The notes beneath the pieces are model-generated. The model was not told where the DNA came from, did no database searches, and saw only the letters and a list, made by a program, of their open reading frames with translations. Positions 17,386 to 37,877 of a stretch of 64,000 nt of DNA are shown here, piece by piece. The stretch's first letter is position 1. Every line of letters starts with the position of its first letter. This DNA comes from the human T2T-CHM13v2.0 reference genome, Homo sapiens. The stretch lies in assembly GCF_009914755.1 (NCBI RefSeq), contig NC_060947.1; one strand, 5' to 3'. Position numbers and translations under genes: made by a program.

Positions 17386-17958
17386 AACAAGAAGGAGAGA
17401 GATAGAGACAAAGACAGAAAGAGAGAGACAGAAGAGAGAGAAGGAGACAGAGAGAGGAGAGAGAAGGAGAGAGAGGAGAGAGAGAGAACAAGAAGGAGAG
17501 AGAGACAAAGAAAGAGAGAAAGAGAGAGACAGAAGAGAGAGAAGGAGAGAGAACAAGAAGGAGAGAGATAGAGACAAAGAAAGAGAGAGAGAGAGACAGA
17601 AGAGAGAGAAGGAGAGAGAGAGAAGGAGAGAGAGAGACAGAGGAGAAAGAAGGAGAGAGATAGAGACAAAGAAAGAGAGAAAGAGAGACAGAGGAGAAAG
17701 AAGGAGAGAGATGGAGACAAAGAAAGAGAGAGACAGAGAAAGAGAGACAAAGAGAGAAACAGACAAAGACAGATAAAGAGAGAGAAAGAGACAGATAGAG
17801 ACAGAAAGAGACACACAGAGAGAGATAAGGAGGGGGAGAGAGACAGAGAGAGGGAGGGAGAAAGAGAAAGAGGGAGAGAGAGAGGGAGACAGTGGAGAGA
17901 AAGAGAGAAAGAGAGACAGAGAGGGAGGGAGGGAGGGAGAGAGAGAGGGAGAGAGAGG
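16578..17958. repeat. GA-rich polypurine array with higher-order repeats
   Basis: ~1.4 kb almost all G/A; blocks such as gagaaggagcgagagagagacag and gaggagagatagaaggag recur. Confidence 0.96.
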
Positions 17959-18409
17959 GATGTCAGCCACGCTCGCAGCTAGCTCTGAGTGTGGTTGTGT
18001 GTGCCTCTGTGTGTGTTCCAGCTGTTCACTCCTCCACCTCTGACTGCAAATGTGTGTGTGTGTGTGTGCCTGTGTGTGTTTCCAGTATCACCGACGGAAC
18101 CTCATCCACGTGTAGGGAGCTGTGCGTTTGGTTGTGTAGGTTTTTGTGTCAGTGACGTCTCGGATTATTGGTTTGCATAATAATTAGATTAGGGACATCT
18201 GGAAGTTGGTGGCAGACAGCTGTTGATGGATCCGGTTAGGCAACACCTGTGAGGTCAGGACCTGCCTGGGAGCTCCCATTCATTTCTTCACTCATTCATT
18301 CATTCAGATGCCAACACAGCCCGACTCCACTCCAAGAGCTACCGTCAGCTGCAAAGAACCATTCCCTTCCCAGACGGACCTGTAGGACCGAAACAAATAG
18401 CCACCTTCC

Positions 18410-18650
18410 AGCCAGGCGCGGTGGCTCGCACCTGTCCTCCCAGCACTTCGGGAGACCGAGGCGGGTGGATCCCTTGAGGTCAGGAGTTCAAGACCAGCCT
18501 GGCCAACATGGTGAAACCCCGTCTCTACTAAAAATAGAAAAACTAGCCGGGCATGTGGCACGTGTCTGTAATCCCAGCACTTTGAGAGGCTGAGGGGGGT
18601 GGATCTCCTGAGGGCAGGTGTTCGAGACCAGCCTGGCCAACATGGTGAAA
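18410..18650 (+). mobile_element. Alu with two left-type arms, truncated
   Basis: After the linker a second cccagcactttg...gttcgagaccagcctggccaacatggtgaaa follows. Confidence 0.88.
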
Positions 18651-18654
18651 TCCA

Positions 18655-19460
<806 letters not shown>

Positions 19461-20181
19461 AGTGAAATGCTATGATTCTATGAGGACATTTTTTTAAGTT
19501 GAATGACCTTTGAGAAGCTGTTTTCTTAGGACCTCTTTCCAGAAAAAGTAACATCAGGACAAAGCGGTGGGCGGCTGGTTTGGGGCCCAGGGAGGGGGAA
19601 GGGCTACGGCTCAGCAGCATTCCAAGTGACTTGTTTTGAAAGAAATCCCTCCGTTTGAGAGTGTGTGCAGCACAAAACCACCGTCTTCCCTCTTGAAGAA
19701 ACGCCAGGCAAATAGCAGCTTCGGGCTTGTGCAAATTAAGGCATCAGTAACTTTTGCTTATACAATTTGTTGAATAAATAGGGTTGAATCTATTGAATAA
19801 ATGAGTCAACATAAGCTTTGAAAACAATGTCTGAAGGCATCCTGTTAAGGTCTATTTGCATAAGTGGTTAAGCTGTGAAAGGCAGTGGCGGCAGCCTCAA
19901 GTCCTAGGGAAAAAACAAAAAAAAAACAAAAAAAACACAAACCATAAGCAATCAGGCAGCCCAGCTGTTTTCAAATCGTGCCCCCAAAGAGGCTCCAGAA
20001 AAACCTGTCGTTTGATTCATTCCGTGAAGACACCAGCTTCCGAGGAGCCCTTGCATGCTTCGTAGGTACATTATGGACTGAGGGTCTAAGCAAGAGCACC
20101 CAGGCTTACAGAGTGTGGCTGAGCTTTTTGTTTTACAGCCCAGAAAAGATGACACTGGCCCAAATGTTTGAAATAAAACAG

Positions 20182-20445
20182 GGCCGGGTGCGGTGGCTCA
20201 TGCCTGTCATCCCAGCACTTTGGGAGGCTGAGGCGAGGGGATCACCTGATGTCAGGAGTTTGAGAGCAGCCTGACCAACATGGTGAAACCCCATCTGTAC
20301 TAATAATACAAAAATTAGCCGGGTGTGGTGGTTGATGCCTGTACTCCCAGCTACTCAGGAGGCTGAGGGAGGAGAATGGCTTGAACCTGGGAGGCGGAGG
20401 TTGCAGTGAGCCAAGACCGCGCTGCTGCACTCCAGCTGGGGCAAG
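20182..20445 (+). mobile_element. AluS
   Basis: Dimer running into a purine tail. Confidence 0.93.
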
Positions 20446-20625
20446 AAAGAAAGAAAGAAGGAAGGAAGGAAGGAAGGAAGGAAGGAGGGAGGGAGGGAGG
20501 GAGGGAGGGAGGGAGGAGGAAGGAAAGAAATGGACGGAAAGAAAGGGAAGGAAGGGAAGGGAAAGAAGGGAAGGGAAGGAAGGGAAGGGAAGGAAAGGAA
20601 AGGAAAGGAAAGGAAGGAAGAAACA
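20443..20625. repeat. (GAAA)/(GGAA)/(GGGA) compound microsatellite
   Basis: Alu tail-derived purine tract. Confidence 0.93.
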
Positions 20626-20673
20626 GGAGCACCAAATATTCCCTTCTAAAGTCTCTTTGTTTCCCATGTATGC

Positions 20674-21060
20674 ATTTATTTTTTGAGATGGGGTCTTGCT
20701 ATGTTGCCCAGGCTGGAGTGCAGTGGAGTCCCATCATAGCTCACTGCAGCCTCAACCCCCTGGGCTCAAAAGGATCCTCCTGCCTCAGCCTCCGGAGCAG
20801 CTGGGACTACAGGTGCATGCATCACCACACCCAGCTAATTTTTTATTTTTTGTAGAGACGGGATCTTGCTATGTGGTCCAGGCTGGTCTCCAACTGCTGA
20901 ACTGAAATGATCCTCCCGTTTCAGCCTCTCCTGAGTCACTGGGACTGCAGGCACACACCACCACATACAGCTAAGTTTCTGGTTTTGTTTTTGAGACTGA
21001 GTCACACTCTGTCACCCAGGCTAAAGTGGAGTGCCGTGATCCCCACTCACTGCAACTGTT
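20674..21060 (-). mobile_element. AluJ plus adjacent Alu 3' fragment
   Basis: catcatagctcactgcagcctcaacc, ttgctatg(t/g)...ccaggctgg J-type diagnostics. Confidence 0.85.
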
Positions 21061-21163
21061 GACCTGCCCCAGGAGGCAGGACCGAGGGGGGTGATGGTGG
21101 CATAGGAGGACACTGGGAGACCTGGAGAGCTTTCTGTGGATCCAGACAAACAATGTCAATTTG

Positions 21164-22273
21164 GGTGTGTGTGTGCATGCATGCTAGTTTGTGTGTGTGT
21201 GTGTGCATGCATGCATGCTTGCTGGTGTGTGTGTGCGTGTGTGTATACATTGTGTCTGTGTGTATACGTACATGCTAGTGTATGTGGATGTGTATGCATG
21301 CATCTCTGTGTGTATGTATGCGTCTGTCTGTGCATGCAAGCTAGTGTGTGTTCATGCATGCTAGTGTAATTGCACACGTGTGTGCATGCTAGTGTGTGTG
21401 TATGCATCTGTGTGCATATATGTATGCGTCTCTGTGTGTGCATGCATGCTATTGTGTGTGCATATGCACGTGTGTTTGTGTATATGCATGCTAGTGTGTG
21501 TGTATGTAGGCATCTGTGTGTATGCATGCTAGTATATGTGAACACACGTGTATGTGCATGAATACTAGTGTGTTTATGTATGTGTGTATGTAGGCGTCTG
21601 TGTGTATGCATCTGTATCTGTGCATGCATGCTAGTGTGTTTGTGTGCACATGGGTGTGCATGCTAGTGTGTGTTTATGTATGCATATGTGGGCATGTACG
21701 TATGTATGTATCATGTGTACATGTGTGCTAGTGCACGTGCATGCGTGTGTGCGCATGTATGTACGCATCTGTGTGTGCATGTGTATGTATGTGTGCATGC
21801 ATGCTAGTGTATGTATGTGTGTGTATGTAGTCGTCTCTGTGTGTATGCATGCCAGCGTATGTGAACACACGTATATGTATGCTAGTGTGTGCATGCCTGC
21901 TAGTGTATGTGCACACGTGTGTGTGCGTCCATGAAAGTGTGTGTACATGCTAGTGTGTGTGCATATGCGTGTGTGTTTGTGTGCATGCATGCTAGCGTGT
22001 GCATGTGTGTATGTAGGCGTCTGTGTGCATGCATGCTAGCGTATGTGAACACATATATGTATGCTAGTGTGTGTATGCATGCTAGTGTATGTGAACACAC
22101 GTGTGTGTGCGTGCATGCTGGTGTGTGTGTGCATGCTAGTGTGTGGGCATACATGAGTATGTTTGAATGCATGCGTGCTAGTGTGTGCGTGTGTATATGC
22201 ATGCTAGTGTATTTGCGTGCAACGTGTGCGTTTGTGTGCATGCATGCTAGTGTGTGTGTGTGTGCGTGTGTGT
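21164..22273. repeat. (TG)-rich degenerate repeat with recurrent gcatgctagtgt
   Basis: ~1.1 kb of mostly alternating purine/pyrimidine. Confidence 0.95.
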
Positions 22274-22279
22274 CATTTT

Positions 22280-24345
<2,066 letters not shown>

Positions 24346-24473
24346 CCCCGTTAACTTCTCCAGCTTGCCTTTTTACCTGCAACCCATATGTCTAGTAGTA
24401 TATCATTTGTCTTTCACCTTTTCTTCCAATCAGAAGACACCATGATGCTATTTTCTAACCAGCATTGGCCACT

Positions 24474-25075
24474 GGTCAGGTGCAGTAGCTCACTCCTGTA
24501 ATCCCAACACTTTGGGAGAGGAAGGCGGCTGGATTGCTTGAGCCCAGGAGATGTAGACCACCCTGACCAACACAGCGAAACCTCATCTCTGTTAAAAACA
24601 AACAAAAACACGGGGCTGGGAGAGGTGGCTCATGCCTGTAAATTTCACCACTTTGGGAGGCCAAGGCAGGTGGATCACTTGAGGTCAGGAGTTTGAGACC
24701 AGCCTGGCCAACATGGTGAAACGCCGTCTCTACTAAAAATACTAAAACTAGTCAGGCGTGTTGGCAGGTGCCTGTACTCTCAGCTACTCGGGAGGCTGAG
24801 GCACGAGAACTGCTTGAACTGGGAGACAGAGGTTGCAGTGAGCTGAGATCACGCCACTGCACTCCAGCCTCGGTGACAGTGCAAGACTCCATCTCAAAAA
24901 GAAAACACAAAAAATTAGCTCTGTGTGGTGGTGCAAGGCCGTAGTCCCAGCTACATGGGAGGCTAAGGTGGGAGGATCACCTGAGCCCAGGGAGGTCAAG
25001 GCTGCAGTGAGCTGTATGAGCCCCAACGCACTCCAGCCTGAGTGACAGAGTGAGACCCTATCTCAAAAAACAAAA
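24474..25075 (+). mobile_element. AluJ with an AluS nested in its central A-rich linker
   Basis: J left arm 24474-24610, full AluS 24614-24905, J right arm 24910-25075; aaaacac on both sides of the insert. Confidence 0.85.
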
Positions 25076-25150
25076 GAACTGGCCACTGTTTCCAGGTAGA
25101 TGGATTTCTGCAAGGAACAGCACTGTGTGTTTAATGAAATTAGAAGGACC

Positions 25151-26304
<1,154 letters not shown>

Positions 26305-26416
26305 GCACCTGAACAGACTCCAAGGGTGACATGAGGAGTGTGACCCAAGTGTAGCTGGTTTAGCCCCTGGGAATTTGCAGCGTGGTGAGAATAAGGAATA
26401 GAAAACATCACCAGAA

Positions 26417-26943
26417 GATGGGCGTGGTGGCTCACACCTGTAATCCCAGGACTTTGGGAGGCCGAGGCAGCCGGATCACCTGAGGTCAGGAGTTTGAGAC
26501 CAGCCTGGCCAACATGGTGAAACCCCGTCTCTACTAAAAATACAAAAATCAGCCGGGCGTGGTGGCTCACTCCTGTAATCCCAGCACTTTGGGAGGCTGA
26601 GGCAGGCAGATCACCCGAGGTCAGGAGTTCGAGACCAGCCTGGTCATCATGTTCAAACCCCGTCTCTACTAAAAATACAAAAATCAGCCGGGCGTGGTGG
26701 CTCACTCCTGTAATCCCAGCACTTTGGGAGGCTGAGGCGGCCGGATCACCCGAGGTCAGGAGTTCGAGACCAGCCTAGTCAACATGTTCAAACCCCATTT
26801 CTACTAAAAATACAAAAGTTAGCCGGGCACGGTGGTGGGCGCCTGTAATCCCAGGACTTTAGGAGGCCAAGGCAGGCAGATCACCTGAGGTCAGGAGTTT
26901 GAGACCAGCCTGGTCAACATGTTCAAACCCCATTTCTACTAAA
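26417..26943 (+). mobile_element. Four tandem Alu left arms, no right arm
   Basis: Four ggatcacc.gaggtcaggagtt.gagacc units ~135 bp apart; private variant catgttcaaacccc in the last three. Confidence 0.92.
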
Positions 26944-27420
26944 TTGTAAAGTTCTCCTGTGGGGTCCTGGCCCCTCCCCAGAGGCATCCCTCCTGACAGA
27001 GACGCAACGGAAGAGACATACTACCTTTCATCAGCCAAGAATCTAAAGTAGGAAGAGGGAGCGTGAGCTTGGAGATTTGGAGAGTCTCTTGTAAAACTCA
27101 AATATCTGAAATTTCAGCGGAAGACGCATCGGTCGGCGTTCTTGTCGTTTAAAATCCGGGGCATAAATTTGCTTTGCTTGGAGACTCGCTGGTTCTAACC
27201 CGCCACTTGGCAGACAAGCAAGATAAGAAGAGAGGAACCTGGGGTTTTGGTAAGGAGGAAAAGATTCATAATTAGAGTAGAGGATTTCCAGAGCTTTCCT
27301 GATTATAAGGAGTGGGTCAGAGGTGCGTGAGTTCTAACCAGCTTATTAAATATTTTACAACCCCGTCAGTGGCACAAAAATTAGAGAATAACATGAGGCC
27401 ATGTCGCATTTGTCTCTTGA

Positions 27421-28280
<860 letters not shown>

Positions 28281-28403
28281 TGAATAAATGAACGGATGTG
28301 CCACCACGATGGATGGGCAGGCTCTCGAAAGACGGGCATACAACTCTCTTTGGCCACATCATTTGTCTGAAACACTCCAAGGCGTTCTGTGGGTAAACAG
28401 TCA

Positions 28404-29055
<652 letters not shown>

Positions 29056-29437
29056 TTATCTTCCTATCCCTCCTTGATTCGTGTTTAAATTTTGTCTTTT
29101 GCTTCCAGGCTGAGATTTCATGCCTGGGTTCAGCCTAAAGCGAATTTTAGCAGGTGAGTTATAAACCCCTAAAAATAGGTTTCTGTAGTCGAAATGCTGA
29201 CACAGTGGATCTAGTTGGGAAGGAAGGTGGCAGAGTTCTAATTAAAAGGACACTCAGTGCTTTGTCTTTGACTAATGTAAATAGCAATCAGGTTAACTTA
29301 CAGTTTCCCTGCCTTAGAGAGGCTTTCAGAACATAGAAAACTTGTTTTTCTCTCCAAATAATAATAATAGATTACTCAATTCGCATGATAGATGAAGAAA
29401 AGTGAGGTTGTGTATGGCCTTAGAAATAACACTAATG

Positions 29438-30140
<703 letters not shown>

Positions 30141-30443
30141 TCAACTATACCTGTTAATACTTAAATTGGATACTAGGTAATAAAAATAAACATTTTCCCT
30201 CCTCTCTCTCTCTCTCCTCTTTTTAAGCATCTTGGTGATTTTTTTTTTCTTTTCTGGGTCCAATCTTGCATTTATTTCTTCCGCGTGCGAGAAGGAGAGC
30301 ATCTGGTATGATTTTTCATTTTCATTTTTGCCTAATAACATTTTCTTCTCAGATTTCGTCGGAGGCCTTGATAAAAGTCCTCCTGCTTTATAACTTAGCT
30401 TTTATTACTTCCCTCAGCATTGTTCCCATGTGGGCTCTGGGAC

Positions 30444-30688
30444 TTTCCTTCCTTTCTTTTCTTTCTTTCCTTTCTTTCTTCTTTATTCTTTCTTTTCTCT
30501 TTCTTTTTTCTTTGTTTTTTTCTTTCTTTTCTCTCTTCTTTCTTCTTTGTTTCTTTTTCCTTTCATCTTTCTTTTGTCTTTCTCTTTTTCTTCTCTTTTT
30601 CTTCTTTCCTTCTTTCTCTTTCTTTTTTCTTTCTTTCTTCTTCCTTCCTTCCTTCTTTCCTTCCTTCCTTTCTTTTTTTTTCTTCTTT
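30444..30688. repeat. TTTC/CCTT polypyrimidine tract
   Basis: ~245-bp pyrimidine run. Confidence 0.93.
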
Positions 30689-31015
30689 GGTCCTGATTCT
30701 CTTATCACCCCTTATTTCCTGAATGCTAAGACGTTTTCCTAACCTGGTTTAAAAAAATAAATAAATACTGTTTTGTTTATTTCTTCCCGTAGGGTAAATT
30801 TATCCACAGAGACTTCTTGGCAGATAGTTTTCTTCGGAAGATGAGGGCTGGGTGATCAGTAAGAAGAGGTGTTGAAAGATGAAGGAGAGAGAGGTACATG
30901 GAAATGATTTGTCTTTACCTTCAAGGAAAAGGAACAAGAAAGATAAAAATTATAAATCAATAGGGCTGCTTTTGGAGATGCAAAAGTTTTGTTCATAATA
31001 AGAGTTATAATATGA

Positions 31016-31460
<445 letters not shown>

Positions 31461-31657
31461 TAATTTCAGTATAAGAAGTGTGGTCCTCTAGGTCTCAAAG
31501 CCTCACTGAGAGACAGTGGGAGCATTTGGACTTGCAGGAACTGCCGGCCTCGGCAGTAGCATGCTCTGGACAGCCAGAAACTGGATCTGTGTTCCAGGGA
31601 TGCCCTCTACTGGAAAAATCTATAGCTTCTCTTTCTTGCTTTCAGAATCTCTGTATC

Positions 31658-31954
31658 TTTTTTTTTTTTTTTTTTGAGACGGAGTCTCGCTCTGTTGCCC
31701 AGGCTGGAGGACAGTGGTGCAATCTCAGCTCACAGCAACCTCCATCTCCCAGGTTCAAGCAACTCTCCTGCCTCAGCTTTCTGAATAGCTGGGATTACAG
31801 GCACCTGCCACCACACCTGACTCATTTTTGTATTTTTAGCAGAGACGGGGTTTCACCATTTTGGTCAGGCTGGTCTCGAACTCCTGGCCTCATGATCTAC
31901 CTACCTCAGCCTCCCGAAGTGTTGAGATTACAGGCATGAGCCACGGTGGCCAGC
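31658..31954 (-). mobile_element. AluS
   Basis: Reverse-complement full dimer. Confidence 0.93.
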
Positions 31955-32086
31955 CAACCTGCTTTTCTTACTCAACATTATGTCTTAAAAATATTCCTGG
32001 GTCAGTTAATACAAATGTACCCCCACTTATTTTAACTGCTACGGAGTCATCCAGGGAAGGCTTCTAGATTTTATTTAGCTGTTTAA

Positions 32087-32550
<464 letters not shown>

Positions 32551-32887
32551 GAGAGTCTCCGTATCTTACAGACTTTGGAAAACAGGATTTTAAAGAATTC
32601 AGTCGAGTTCCGTTCGGAGCTGAGTCATGCTGAAATTCCAGCTGCATTCAGGACCTGCTGCGAATAAAACAGGTGAAGTGTCGGGCAAGTTGGTTGCAGG
32701 TCTATAAAGGGCTTGGGATAAAGGACCCCAGAAGAAGGAAGGTCTGCCTGCAGGGAGAACATGTTGCTCAGAGATCGCTCAAGCGTGGTCCATATCCCCC
32801 ACGTTCCCAAGACACCAAACTCCTCACCCCATCTTCCCAATTCTCATCAACAAAGCAATGGATACTATTTTAGTTTCCTATAGCTTA

Positions 32888-33940
<1,053 letters not shown>

Positions 33941-33968
33941 CTTCCCAAAGGTTTAAATAAATTTGACC

Positions 33969-34276
33969 AGGCCAGGCGTGGTAGCTCACACCTGTAATCC
34001 CAGCACTTTGGGAGGCCGAGACGGGTGGATCACCTGAGGTTGGGAGTTCGAGACCAGCCTGACCAATATGGAGAAACCCCATCTCTACTAAAAATACAAA
34101 ATTAGCCGGGCGTGGTGGTGCATGTCTGTAGTCCCAGCTACTTGGGAGGCTGAGGCAGGGGAGATCACTTGATCCCGGGAGGCGGAGGTTGCGGTGAGCC
34201 GAGATCATGCCATTGCACTCCAGCCTGGGTGACAAGAGTGGAACTCTGTCTCAATAGATAAATAAATAAATAAATA
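33969..34276 (+). mobile_element. AluSp-like with TSD aaataa.tttgacc
   Basis: gggagttcgagaccagcctgaccaatatggagaaacc. Confidence 0.93.
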
Positions 34277-34658
34277 ACTTTGACCGACTCTGCATCGAGC
34301 CCAGCTTCCTCTTGGTTCATCCCTCCCATCATAGCCACAGTGAGGCTCCGGCAGCCTTCTGGATTTCCTTTGCTTCCCTGTCTTCCTCCAATCTACTGTC
34401 CAACTGTTCCGTCAACTTCCCAAGAGGCTGCAACCTCGAGGACCTGAGGCGTTTCACGTGTGCACACATGTGTACACGTCTCTGTACCAGTCAAGATGCT
34501 TACGCTTGATGGGAGCAGCTCTGCGCCCGGCACAGTAGCAGACACAAACAAAAGGGGACCCACGCTGTCCTCCAGAACCAAGCAGGGTCTTTTCGAGGAT
34601 GGGCCAGGCACCCCAAAATCACCCTGGAATTTAAAGACTATAAACAAGCAAGTGAGGA

Positions 34659-34957
34659 GGCCGGGCGCGGTGGCTCACGTCTGTCATCCCAGCACTTTGG
34701 GAGTCCGATGCAGGCAGATCACCTGAGGTCAGGCGTTCGAGACCAGCCTGGCCAACGTAGTGAAACCCCGTCTGTACTAAAAAAAACAAAAATTAGCCAG
34801 GTGGGGTGGCGGGTTCTTGTAACACTAGCTACTTGGGAGGCTGAGACGGCAGAATGGCTTGAACACGAGAGGCGGGGGTTGCGGTGAGCTGAGATCACGC
34901 CACTGCTCTCCAGCCTAAGCAACAGAGCAAGACTCCGTCTCAAAAAAAAAAAAAAAA
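34659..34957 (+). mobile_element. AluS with TSD aagtgagga
   Basis: Full dimer. Confidence 0.95.
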
Positions 34958-36014
34958 GGGAAGTGAGGATGATTTTGGGGACAGCAGGGCTGTGACGCTC
35001 TCCTCCGCCCAGGAGGCCACCCAGACTCTATAGGGAAAGAGAAACAGCTGAGTTGCTGGATTCCAACCTGGGTGGGAAACAGCTGAGTTGCTGGAAGTTG
35101 CACCAGAATGCCAGCCGTGAAATCCAGCAGCACTGATTACAACCTGGGTGGGAAACTCCATTCTCAGCCACTTGGGGTTAGCCCTGAACGGCAGGAGCCC
35201 GTGGAAAGAAAAGTCTCTGCTCTGATTTCGATCATTTTTATGACCTTTAGTCGATTTAATGTTCTAGGTTGGAGGTTGGGGGGGAGTGGGTTACGGTGTT
35301 ATTTCCTTTCCTTTTGTTCATGTGTAATTAGAAATCCGGAGTGAGCAGAAGGACAGAGGAAAGAAATCTAATACAGTCAGAGGAAGGTGAGGTGCTTTTT
35401 TTGTTGTTGTTGTTTTTGTTTTGTTTTCTGGGATGCATCAATTTAAGTGATATCAGCACTTAACAAATAGCCAAGGGGACCCCATCTTCGCTGCAAACGC
35501 AGGGGGGCCTTCCAGCCTCCACACACATGGTCAGCACACGCCAGACACAGTTTGAAACAGAGCTTTACACTTTGGGACCTCCTCTTTCTCTCCGATGTAT
35601 GACCTCCATCTATTTAAAATGTTAACCAATAGAGAACACACACACACACACACACACGTGCCGATCTCAAATTACATATCACATGTGAGTCTTCGCATTT
35701 TAAAAGGTGATAAAAATGTCAGTAATATCCTACATGCCAGCCACTCCAAAGATCCCCCACCCTCTAACGTCTACAAGGCTTGGGTTGTCTTAACATAATT
35801 CCACGCGGAAACCAGGCTGCTGTGGAAAACACCAGTTCTCGAGATGGCAGCACACACAGAGGCTTTTGTTGAAAAGAGCATGAAAGAGAGGCTTGTCCAA
35901 GGTCTCCAGAGACCGGCTTACCGACCGTGATGAACACACACACCCGAAACTGCTGTTTTGACTTTGCGTTCATCATGAGTTCGTTGTGGTTACATTTATT
36001 TAAACCTTTGGGAA

Positions 36015-36930
36015 GTGGATAGATAGGGAGATAGGCAGGTAGGTAGATAGACAGATGATAGGCAGAGACAGAGAGAGACATGATCGATGGATAGATATAT
36101 GGACATATAGATACATAGATACAGAGATAGATACATAGATGATAGACAGAGACAGACAGGGAGATGATGATAGGTAGATAGATAATGCATAGATAGATAG
36201 ATAGATGATACATAGATACATAGATGATAGATAGAGATATAATCAATAGATGATAGATTGATAGATAGATACATAGATAATTAGATAGATAGATAAGTAG
36301 ATATAGATAGATGATAGAGACAGAGAGAGATAATCAATAGATAGATGATAGAGACAGAGAGGAAGATGATAGATAGATAGACAGATAATACATAGATAGA
36401 TAGATAGATGATAGAGATATAATCAATAGATGATAGATAGATAGATAAGTAGATACAGATAGATGATAGAGACAGAGAGAGATAATCAATAGATAGATGA
36501 TAGACAGAGACAGAGAGGAAGATGTTAGACAGATAGATAGACAGATTATAGCTATAGATAGACGATAGATAGATGATAGATAGATAGATACATAGAGATA
36601 CATAGATGATAGATAGATGGTAGACAGATAGATATCTAGATAGACAGATATAGATAGATAATAGAGAGAGAGGTGATCAATAGATAGATGGATAGATAGA
36701 GATGGATAGATACATAGATAATAGATAGATAGATGATAGACAGATACACAAACAGAGATAGATAGATACATAAACGATAGATAGATGGTAGATATAGATT
36801 GATAAATAAATGAAAAATGATTAGATACATAGATAGATGTGGATAGCCAGATGGAGAGATGACAGATAGATGATAGGTGGATAGATATATGATAGATACA
36901 GGTGATAGAGACAGAAGCATAGATATATAT
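36015..36930. repeat. Degenerate (TAGA)n array; right arm of an inverted repeat
   Basis: gatagata units, reverse complement of the 33235-33940 style. Confidence 0.93.
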
Positions 36931-37420
36931 GTACGTATATATACACATTATAATATGTACATATTGTATATACTATAAATTGTATACACTATAAATTGTA
37001 TACATTATAAATCTTCATATATGTGCATATATGTTGAGTATATATGTATACATATATACTAACCATATACTAAACAAACTGAATATATAAACTTTAGTAT
37101 ATGTGCATATGTGTTTAGTATATATGTATATATATGCTAATTATATATGAAACATACTGAATACATTTTTAGTATATGTACCCATATACATATATACTAA
37201 AGTATACATATATGCTACAGTTTATCATGTATATATAATATATATGTTTAGTATCTATGTATACAGAGATACTGACATTGTGTACATACACATATATACA
37301 TGGATATAAAGTACCATATATGTACGTATACACTCTACATTTTATAATGTATTTATACTAAAATTAATAATGTATATGTACATATACATATAATGTATAT
37401 ATAAATAAGATACAGGTATA
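36931..37420. repeat. AT-rich (TA/TATG) low-complexity tract
   Basis: tatatgtatacatatatac-type units. Confidence 0.85.
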
Positions 37421-37459
37421 ATGCCTATGATCTAACAATTAAAATACATTAAAATTAAT

Positions 37460-37608
37460 TTCATAACAGTTTTTAACTTACAGAAACATTGCCAGATAAT
37501 ACAGAGAGACTTCATATACCCCACAACCTGCCTGGCCTATTCTTAGCATCTTATATCTGTAGGGTACAATCGTCACAACTGATGAACCAATATTGACGCA
37601 TTATTAAT
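37460..37608 (-). mobile_element. L1MC-type 3' end fragment
   Basis: tacagagagacttcatatacccc, ggtacaatcgtcacaactgatgaaccaatattgacgcattatt. Confidence 0.7.
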
Positions 37609-37877
37609 GTGCTGTTATGGTTAAAAGGATAGTTCAGGCTGAGATCTAGAGTGGTGGTCTCCAGCATAGGCTACAGGCATAGAACTTCACAGAGCTAAAA
37701 GTAGAGGGTGGTACTGGGGAGGGCGTGAGAAGCACACGGTTCCATTCGTCTATCTGTAAGGAAAGCTACCAGGCAACACGCACACATGCACACACACACA
37801 CACACACACATATTATAGATGCCTCTGTTTACATCATCAGGCTCTGCTATCAAAAGGCCACCTTCTTGATGACAGTG

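Noticed and set aside
16369-17970. 533-aa Leu/Ser-rich ORF and overlapping ORFs
   Set aside because: (CT)n-type repeat translation; the same applies to ORFs at 29620-30742 and 62156-63520.
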